A stretch of DNA of 64,000 bases from Mantamonas sphyraenae STR306 (lineage: Eukaryota > Protista > CRuMs), in NCBI GenBank assembly GCA_026936335.1, contig JAPMXV010000022.1:62001-126000 (forward strand), given 5' to 3'. Positions 54,383 through 64,000 of this stretch are shown here, piece after piece. The number at the start of each line of letters is the position of its first letter. The stretch's first letter is position 1. The notes beneath the pieces were generated by a model. It saw only the letters and a program-made list of their open reading frames with translations, was not told where the DNA came from and ran no database searches. The position numbers were made by a program, and so were the translations under genes.

Positions 54383-56470
54383 ATGGTTCGATTCGACGAG
54401 CACGACACGGACGACACCGAGACGTGCTCCGAGGCCACTGATCGCATCTTTTGGTGGGGCGTGGGCAAGCTCATCGACTGGACCACCGTCCTGTTGTGTG
54501 CGTTTGCGCTGTGAGAATTCCCCTTGTCGACCCTCACACACTGCCTGCTCACACCCCGGCCCCGCTCTCCCCACCCGGCCGTATGCCATCTGTCCACTCC
54601 TCCCGCCTCGCCTTGTCACGCAGATCTTGCCGACATCATCACAGATCTCATGGTCATCGTCTCGTACTACGAACTGGGCCTGAACCAGTTTGGCGACATT
54701 GCGCTCGGCTTCTTCCTCATCACGCCGGGCTTCTCCATCCTCCTCGTCATCATTCAGTGGTGGGATTTCTACGACATGAGGGTCCGATACAACTACGGCT
54801 GTGCGTGTAAATGTCCACTCCCATTTCATTCGTCTCCCCTCCGTCTGTAGTCGCCATGGGTTGCTCACCCCTGCAAATCCCCTCTCCGCTCACCCGGCCC
54901 ACATCGACACCGGCCACCCTACCCACAGACTACGACAGAGAAGCCAACTGGAAACAGGCCAAGCGACTCATGGTCATGACAGTCACCTTTCCCGTGCTGC
55001 CGCTGTACATGTGGGGTGAGTTTTTTGTGTGTGTGGAACACGGATGATGCGTTCCTCCTTCCTCCAACGTCACTCACACTTTGACTCAACCACACACAAA
55101 CGACGACAGCTGTCAACTACTTTGAGATGCGAGAGTGGCCCATGTACGCCTCGGAAAGCGATTCGGGCTTTGGTGACGAGCTGAAACAGTACAGCAAACA
55201 GCTGGCCGCAGTGAACAAGGGACGTCGCAGGGGCGGCAAGCAAAACGCAAACCTGTTTCAGAATCTGATGAAGAGGGCGGTGCGTGAGAGTGGACTGTTT
55301 GTGGAAACCATCTTTGAGAGCATCCCGCAGAGTGTGCTGCAGTTTTACGTGCAACTCCAGCTGGGTCAGTTTGACGCCGTCAGCATCATCAGCATCATCA
55401 TCTCCCTGCTGCAGATCTTTAGCAAAACCTACGTGCTGGGCATGGACAAAATCGACCGTCTCAAGGTGTATCTCAGCATGAACGCCATGTCGCTGGACAT
55501 CCTGTACATGTTTACCGCCTGCCTGGCCACCTATCTGTCGCCCACAGGCGTGTACACGCTGCTGTTTTGGGCACCTTTGCTCCTGCGTGCCGCCATCAAT
55601 GTCATCAGCAGCATCGTCTTTGCGGTCGTGGTCACCTACGTCGAGTGGCAGGAAACAAGGCGATACAATCCGCAGTGGTGGACACAATTCAAGCAGCGTA
55701 CCATTCGCAAAATCAAGGAGTTTCGACCCAGGTGGAAGCATGTGCGCAAGTTCTTTGCTGCCATCTTCATTTTCATCAGCGCCGCGCTGGTGTGGGTCTT
55801 TGGCAACTTTTTCAACAGCGCCTTTTCGCTGCAGTGCTTCACCATCTTTGTGCGTCTGATTGTCATGCGCGACGGCGAACGCAAGTCGGACGTGGAGCTG
55901 ATGGCGTACTACACAGACTTGGGCGTGCACAAGACTCACCTCGGCGCGTTTTACGGCTCCATCGAGCGGTCGTTCTGCCGTAGCCGTGCGCAGTACAACC
56001 ACCGCTGCTTCACCATCAGCGACAGTGTACGCCAGGAACTCACCACCTTCAAGACGCGCCACATAGAGGCGTTCTACGCCTCGATTGTGTGGACGTGCGT
56101 GTATGTGACGACCCACACGCTCCTGAACGTCGTTATGGTCTATCTGTTCCTGTTTACGTACCACAACGACTTTGGCACATACTGGGCAGAGAATCCTGGT
56201 GCGTTGGCACGCCAGCCCGTGGGTGCCATCGTGATCAAGGACTGCTTCATGTACGGAACCTGCATCCTGTGGCTCACGTACATCTTCCTCCTCGTGTACA
56301 CCATCATACGCACCAACCAGCGCGTCGACATGGACGAAGACCAGCGCCAGAAGGCCATGCATGCCAAGGACGCACGTGCCGCAGCGATGAAGCTTGCCGG
56401 CGAACGAACACCCATCCAGCGCAACATGAGCCTGTACCCGTACATGACGTACAACTATGGATACTACTGA
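54383..56470 (+). CDS. XK-related (XKR) multipass membrane protein, putative lipid scramblase
   Basis: LADIITDLMVIVSYY and ETIFESIPQSVLQFYV match XK-family motifs. Multi-exon 5' part. Confidence 0.7.
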
Positions 56471-56513
56471 TGATGATGATGATGAATGTTTGATTGTTCA
56501 TTTGCATTTTGTT

Positions 56514-58456
56514 TCACCACCAACCGCTCTTCTTGGCCTGTTTTCGAGGCGTCAGGTGATCGCCCGTTCCCACAAAGCCTTCAACTGCATCTTTGTCCTT
56601 GACAAGCTCGCCCAGCTCCGGATGCTGCTCGAGGTTGGCACGCAAGCGTTGCAGCTCCCGTTCTGTTTGCACCCGCCCCTGCTCCTCGTACTCCTCGCGA
56701 GTGAGACGCCGACGCTGGACACACGGACGTTGCGCGTGCGGATATGTGCATATGGGGTGTGCTCTCGTGTGTGTCAGCGCTGGGCTGGATGCGAACCCTC
56801 TCAATCACTGTCTGCATTGTCGTTGTCATCCATGTCATCATCGGACACGTCCTCAATGCCTCGCCGCCTCCTTGCGCCTACCTGGATTGGCAGCCCCGCG
56901 CGGATGCGCTCCTCGTTGGACATGCGAAAGTTGCCGCTGCCACGCGAGGCGGACATGGTCGAAGCGGCCGATAGGGGAGTCACCTGATACGCACGTCCCT
57001 GGCTGTCAAACAGAATGCCCGGGGTGGGTGCACCGTCGGGCGTTGCCGGAGAGAACATCCCAGCCTCTGGGTTGTACATGGGATTGATAACCCCCCCGTG
57101 CATTTGTGTGGGCGTGGATGGCTCACTGCCCTGTCCAGCGGCGCTGGCGGAGGAGGCGGCAGCGGCAGCAGCAGCAGCAGCAGCCGCGCGCGCAGCCTGT
57201 GCCTGTTGCCGGAGCTGGCGATCGCGGTTGACGGCCCCAATGCTTGGCAGCAACAGGGTGAGGAGGAGACTGGCGGCGAGATTGAGGTACCACACATAGT
57301 TGTTGCTGTGGTAGAAGCAAGCAGTGCCCACGAGGTAGCGCAGCACCACGTAGAGGATCTGTTCGCTGCGTTCGTCCTCAAACACACGTTGCTGGTAGAC
57401 GAGTCCCATGCCCACCAGCCCAAACACAACCACCATGACAGCAACCACGAGAGCCAGCTGCTCCTGCCACTCGGCCCCCAGAAACGCCTGGGCCATGGAA
57501 CGCGCAGAAAACGCGGCCACCGAGCCGCCCACACCCACCACACCCAAACCCTTGGCGCCAAAACGACGCGACACAAAGTACATCACCAGCAGGATGGCCA
57601 GCAGGGTGCCAAAGCTAAACCCTGCGGCAAGGTGAAAGGCCATCCACGAGCTGAGTTTGCGTGCCAACAACACCAGGAGCAGCCCCGTGACCGCCGCCAC
57701 CGCATAGCGCATGTACATGTTGCGCGTGGGAGGCTCCAACCCGGCCTTGATTTTGACCTGGCCCCGGTTGGTGATGTCCAGACGCACACACTGGGCTGCA
57801 TACGGCTGGCCGTGCAACTCGCAGGTGGCGGCCACCGCCCCGTTGTTGCCGTTGCGACACGGCGTCACGCGGTGGTAAAGGTTCAACAACTCGGCCAAAG
57901 CGTCGACGGCATTGAGGAGCAGTGGCGAGTTGGGCAGTTTCACCACCTGGTCTTTGGCGGAGAAGTGGAGGTGCATCGTACGCGTCCTCCACAGCCCTTG
58001 CGTCTCGTTCCACAGCAGCGGGGACACGCAAAACTCAAATTGCGAGTTGCCGTCGGGCACATCCACCACGCACGATGCATTCACCGCCCCAGACACCCTC
58101 AGCGTGTTGTCTGTACGCGCCCAGCAGCGTATTGTGTGTGACGCGGAAAAATGGCGCGCGCACACGTGTCAGCTCTCGATTGCACGACCCTTCCCACCGC
58201 ACGCACGCGTCACACACGGCACACATCAGGACGAACCTGAGAGGGCAAGCGGGTGGTGTGTGGGATGGGGATCCGACAAGGGTGATTCCGTGTGCATGTG
58301 CACACCGGCATGCCACTTACCCGGAAGCCGTTCCACCGTGCACGGCGGGCCCTCGAAGCGTCGTGCATGGGCCCCTTTTGCACACAGCGTCAACACACAG
58401 GCCATCACCAGTGTGACCACAAGCGTCGTGCACCCTCTCTCTCTTTGTCGGTGCAT
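56514..58456 (-). CDS. NEMP1: Nuclear envelope integral membrane protein NEMP/TMEM194
   Basis: Signal peptide; FHLAAGFSFGTLLAILLVMYFVSR; C-terminal RRRLTREEYEEQGRVQTERELQRL. Confidence 0.8.
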
Positions 58457-58532
58457 GGTTGCCGGAGTGTGTTGGGCTGGTGGCGTCTGGGGCGCTTGCT
58501 CGACCACACCATCTCCCACACCCTTCACTCAC

Positions 58533-60876
58533 ATGATCGCTGACGAATCCGACCCGCTTGGTGTAACCTTGGCTGTTGGCGCTGCAGTTGTGGTCGTCGT
58601 CGCTGTATTCTATGTAAGGGTCCGGCCACGGGGCGAGCGAGAGAGTCCGCGCACATCCCCCCCGGCCATCACCACCCTCCTCGTTGTACCTGTCGCCCCC
58701 TCTCTGACCCCTCGTTCCACCTCCTCTGGTCCACAGCACTACATCATGCCACGCTTCAAGTATGCGTCCCTGTCCAAGGTGGCGCAGCCTGTGAAGCCCT
58801 TTGCGGTGACCCGGGTCCTTAACGACGAGGAAGCCACCCTCCGTGCTCATCTTGTCGGCATGGCCCGCAAGAACAAGTTCTACTTGTCATGGTACGTACC
58901 ACCCTTGCTCACAGCACACCCATGCATCGTGGCCACACTCGACACTGCATGGGGGCTGTGCATCTGTGCTGTTTGCGTTGTCCCAGAGTCGAGTTTAGCC
59001 GCAATCAGACCTGCACGCGCCCTTCCCCCACACTCGATGGACACCCTCGTGGCCAAGGAAGTGTGTCCCTGCTGACACCATCCACCCCACCCATTCGGCG
59101 TGCGTGGCACAGGAACTGTACGGCGTGGCCCACCATCTACGTGAGCAATGTTGCGCTGATCGAGCAGGTTCTGCGCACTGAACAGCTGCCCTCTGGTTGG
59201 TTTGGCCCCGTGTGCAGGCACACCGTCATCCCAAGCGTCCGCCTCTCACACCCATCCGCACCGCCATGTCCTTTTACATCACCACACAGGTCGCGAGCAG
59301 CGTTTTCTCAAGGCATGGATTGGCAAGGGCGTCAGCACACTGTGGGTTGCAATCACTCAGCAACTTAACATCGTCCCCAGCACACACCGGCTCACACAAC
59401 CCCACGCCCCACCGTCGCTGCCATGCACAACCATGCTACGGGTGAACATTCATCCCCTCCCTTCCCCCCCACCCCTTCCCAAACTGCATTCACACAGCAC
59501 ATCGGACGAGTGGCGCGAGAGACGAAACGTGATGCGCGAGGCGTTCCACGACAAACTGCTGCGCAAGTATCTGCGCGTTGTCAACGAACGTTGCTCGGAA
59601 ATGCTTCGGCACTGGGGCGAACGCAACAACCGCAGTGCGCCCGTGGACATCCGGGATTGGAGTTCGCGGTTGTGCGCAGACATCATCACGCTCACCTCGT
59701 GCAGCTATCCGCTGGACTCGATTAACAAGCCCGGCGTGGAATACTACCGCACCCTCAACGAAACCTATGAGCTGCTCAACAAGCGCCTGTTTCAAGCAGA
59801 CCTGGCCCTGTCGTACGATTCGGTGTACGCCCTCACCGGCGACGGACGCCGCTTCCGCAAGAACTGCAAAACTCTGCGCCGCATGGCACGCATCGGCGTG
59901 AACAAGAGGAGAACTGGCAACAAGCGCACCACAAAGTCCTTCCTCAACAAGAGCAAGCGTGTGCGCTCCATCGACTCGAGCACCGACGAGGACGGCGAGC
60001 AAATCGACCTCCTCGAATACCTCAGCGCATCGCCCGACATTGACGACAACCAAATCGTCGACGAGCTTTGCGGGACCATTGTACGTGTGTGTGTGTGAGT
60101 GTGTGTGTGTTCTCCTTCGTTCTGTGCATACTTACCCCGCTGTCCCTTGCCCTGCCTATGCTTGCACAGCTTCAAGGTCATCGTCCCACTGCTTCGGCTG
60201 TGATGTGGACACTGTATTTGATTGCACAGCACGTGGCGGTGGAAGAACGTGTGCTGGAGGAGGTGAACAGGCTGATGGGCAGCCGAGACACTCCCACATA
60301 TGCCGACCTCAAGGGCATGACCTACCTCAGCATGGTCCTCAAGGAATCTATGCGTCTCTACCCTCCTGTGGCCTCCATCGAACGCCAGCTGACTCAGAGC
60401 ACTGATCTCAACGGCGTCGAGGTCCGCTCGGGCGTCGACCTGTGCATTCTCCCCTGGGTTGTCCATCGTAACCCCAAGCTCTGGGATGCCCCTGAAACTT
60501 TTGATCCGGAGCGTTTCTCCCTGCAGAACACCCGTGGACGTGAACCCTTTGCCTATCTGGCATTCTCGGCCGGCATGCGCAAGTGAGTGGTCTGCGCCTT
60601 CTCCCCTGACGCCCGCCATCCACACCCATTCCCTGCCTCCGTTTCCCTGTTGCTCACACGCGTCACTTGTCTTTGCACCCAACCTCAACCCACCCCACGT
60701 GGCACAGCTGCGTGGGTCAGCCGTTTGTCTTTGTAGAAGTGAAGGCCATCCTGGCCATGGTGCTCAAGCGCTACCGTCTGCGAGTGGACCCTGCCAGCGT
60801 CAACCTGAAACTGGCCACAGACACAGTCACATGGCCTGCATCTGAGATGCTCATGACTGTGGATGCGCGTGCCTGA
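58533..60876 (+). CDS. Cytochrome P450 (CYP4-clan-like), multi-exon, atypical I-helix
   Basis: N-terminal TM anchor; WRERR; KESMRLYPPV (ExxR); DPERF; heme motif FSAGMRNCVG assembled across an intron; I-helix LQGHRPTASA. Confidence 0.9.
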
Positions 60877-60961
60877 ACGAACGAAAATGAATGGACACGG
60901 AGCCCCCCAAGTCGCGCCAACCAAAAAAACAATCCACAGAGAGCGACGGAGTTGACCCACA

Positions 60962-63900
60962 ATGGATAGAAGATCCACATACAGATCCAGCTATTCCACA
61001 GGATCGCGCACGGGTCGTCGATCCTATGCACAATACAGCAGCAGTAGCAGTCCGCTGCGCGGCAGCAGCGGAAGCGGCATCGGCGGCAGTGGCTACGGCA
61101 CCAGCAGCAGCAGTAGCTACAGTAGCGCCGGCTCGGGCTTTAGCACCCCAGGAGCATCGGGATACACACACACGGCGTCGCGCAGATCGCCCAGTGATTA
61201 CCTTGCGAGCAGCACGCCACGCACATCGGCAAGTGCCGGCAGCAGCGAGTACAGTGGCTCGCAAACCAGCCGCTCGCTGCTGGCCCAGCAGATCCAGTAT
61301 CGGCAGCAAATGGAGCAGGAGGAGCAGAATGCCGCCATGAAGGAATTCATGGAGAGTCAAAAGGGTAGGTCGGATCCACATCTCTCTCCCTGTCTCCCTG
61401 TTTCTCTCTGTGTGTCAACGTCGAGACCAAAAACTGACACCACCATCGCGACCCTCCTCCCGCAGCCCTCATTACCAAGCTCGAAAGCGAGCAACAGAAG
61501 ATCCAGGACGAGCTGATGCAGGAACGCAGCAAGAACCAAGATGCAACCAAACGCATGGAGGAGATGAGCAATGGTGAGTGTGTCTGCACAGCGCGCATGG
61601 AGTCCTGGCCAGCGGACGACGGATTTGGCCAACTGCTTCCACCGCCTCCCATTATGACGCGAACTTTGACGCGCGTCCACGCACGCTGACGACCCACTGA
61701 CACCACCGCACTGCACACAACCGCGCCATCCACAGCCATGCGCGATCTGAAGACCGAAGCTGAGCTCAAGATGGCACTGCAATCCCAGCAGCTGACCTTT
61801 CTGGAGACGCGCGTAAACAACGGCTCGTTTTCGGATGACACGACACATCGTTCGCGCCGCAGCAGAGACCACGACGACGTGGACACATCCAACACGTCGT
61901 CATCCTCGTCCACAAGCACCTCTACAGCCCCACAGGCGCCATCCACACCCGCTGCAACTGCTCAGCAGACGCAGGGGGCAGCACAGGGCATGCAGGCACC
62001 ATACCCGGAAGCCCAACCGGCCTACGCCATGCCCATGGCCAACAGCCCCTACCACCAAACACCCCAACCGCAGCATCCATACATGCAGCAGCAGTACATG
62101 ACCTCGCCTGCAGTCCAAGTGGAGCAGCAGCAGCTCGAAGCGCTGAAGAAGATCAGTGAGATTCAAGCAAACGTACGTGGCCCACGCACCACGCACCACG
62201 CACCACCCATCCACGCAGGAGCGCTCTCCATTTCCAATCATCCCCCTCATTCCTCATGGCTTGAAGCCACAACGTCACACACTCACACACTCACCCACAC
62301 TGTACAACATCGTTCCACAGGCGCGCTCCATCGCGGCGTCAGCCAACTCTGCGGTGGAGGAGGCACAACGCAAGGCAGAAACGGAGCGACTGAAGCGGAA
62401 GCTGGAGGACGCAGAGCGGGAAAAGTTTGAATGCGAATCGCGCTTGTCATTGCAGGTGCAGGAGCTGCAGGGCAAGAACAAGATGCTGAGCAAGCAGAAT
62501 CACTGGTTGGAGCAGGAGTTGCAGGAAAAGAGCCACCAGGCGGACCAGCACCTGGGTCAGGTGGACATGCTGGAGAGCAACATTGCCCAATTGCAGAAGG
62601 AACTGGAGCAGCGCAAGGAACACGTGGACACGCTGCGCAACAAGGTGCAGGAGTTGCAACTGGCCAAGCAGGCAGAGGTGGGCCAGAGCAGCAGTGCACG
62701 CGAGGCATACCAGGAAATGGAACGCAAACTGAGCGAGGAGACGCGGAAGCGGTTTGAGGCGGAGGAAAAGGTGCATCGGGCGTCCATTGAGCTGGACCAA
62801 AAGGTGCAGGAGTTGAACCGGGCCACGGGACACAACAAGGACCTGGAACACGCGGCGATGCAGCACGAGAGTGCGCTCAACAGGCTCAAGTACGAGTTGC
62901 AACAAAAGACGAACGAGCTGGAGCGAGTGCAGATGACTGCCAACGAGCAGGCGCAACGCCTGGTCCAGTTTGAGGGCGTGCAGGCCACGGCGGAACGCAC
63001 ACGCTTGGAACTGGACGAAATGAGCAAACGGTTCCGTTTGGCGGACCGTGAGAGGTCGCAACTGGAGGCAACGTTGCAGGAGGTGCAGCGGGATTTGGAG
63101 CAGGCGCGCGGCAGCGGCAAGAACACGCTGGCCAAGCTGAAGGCCAAGGAGCGTGCACACGAAACGGAGGTGAAGGAGCTGCAGCGTGAGCTGGAGCAGA
63201 CGCGCACGGACGGCGAGGCGGCGCTGCGGGAAAAGAGCGCAGATTTGAACCGTGCCACCGAGCGTCTGCGGGTGCTGGAAAAGAAGGTGGACACGCTGAC
63301 TGCGGAAAAGGTGCAGATGGAGCGGGAGATGATTGTGATGCACAACGGCAAGAGCGATGCAGAGCGACAGCGGCAGGAGATGGAGCGCAAGCTGCGCGAG
63401 GCTGTGCAGAAGCGCGAAAAGGCGGAGCAGAACCAGCGCATGGCCGAAGAGCAGCTGAGGCAGAAGGGCACTGCGTTGCAAGAGTTGCAGATGCAGCTGA
63501 GCAAGGCAGGGGTGGCGTCGAAGCAGAGTGAACGGGACGCAGCCAACAAGTTGGAGAAGCTGACGCAGGAGGCTGCACGTGTGCGCAAGGAGATGGAGAG
63601 CAAGCTGTTGGGACGCAGCCAGGAGGTGGATCAGCTCACCGCCAGCGTGGCGCAGCTCACACGGCAGCGTCAGCAGGAACGTGAACGCCTGGCCAAGCTG
63701 GAACAGGACAACCGCGTGTTGAAGGAACGTGCCCAACAGGAAGAAGGCAACGCGTCGCAGCTGGCCGACGTGGTTGCCCAGCTGGACGCACAGCTCAAGG
63801 CCAAGGAGGGCGAGCTGGCACGCGTCAGCAACACGGTGAACGAACTGGTGCTTGTCAGGCAGCAGGAGGCGGCCCAGCGATGGCAGCTGCAGGAGGAGCT

Positions 63901-64000
63901 GAACAACAGCAGCACGCGGCTGGACAGCGAGGAGAGTGCGCGCCGCGAGGCGCAGGAGGCTGTGGAGGAGGCACGTCGTGAGACCACGCGTGTCACAGAC
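60962..64000 (+). CDS. Large coiled-coil protein with a Ser/Gly-rich N-terminus (3' end beyond the window)
   Basis: Several exons, then an open E/Q/K/R-rich heptad frame from about 62321 to the window end with no stop. Confidence 0.75.

Noticed and set aside
1-64000. tRNA or rRNA genes
   Set aside because: I recognised no cloverleaf, A/B-box or rRNA-like sequence by eye. A covariance-model scan would be needed to exclude them.

Overview
This is a very compact, GC-rich, intron-containing eukaryotic genome segment. It probably comes from a flagellated protist, since it has TMEM107 and short GT-AG introns with (CA)n or pyrimidine tracts. I can support about 29 protein-coding genes. Most are recognisable housekeeping or membrane-traffic genes: DnaJ, an Atg22-like MFS transporter, TMEM107, a RETREG/ARL6IP1-like protein, RAB3GAP1, an SK-type K+ channel, TMEM245, ferroportin, EEF1AKMT2, SERP1, an M16 peptidase, a 7TM-TKL kinase, MON1, OS-9, PRC1/MAP65, MVP, STX17, a Vps34-like PI3K, MIS12, an XK-family protein, NEMP and a P450. 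The standout is a minus-strand gene at 32764-38294. Joining three ORFs across two GT-AG introns gives a protein of about 1770 aa. Its N-terminus looks like a FEN1/XPG/5'-3' exonuclease (PIN-fold) domain, and its C-terminus is an apparently intact Fanzor/TnpB-type RuvC-zinc-finger nuclease. Unusually long non-coding gaps with predicted stem-loops flank the gene and are candidate guide/omegaRNA regions. No transposase is nearby. Other notable items: a CYP4-clan-like P450 with a CYP152-like Arg-Pro in place of the acid-alcohol pair; a UBZ4/F-box/TMEM185-like membrane protein; a type II membrane-anchored M16 peptidase; a 7TM-kinase fusion with a 1-nt frameshift; and eight head-to-head gene pairs with only ~50-160 bp between start codons. 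All assignments come from motif recognition by eye; no database searches were run.
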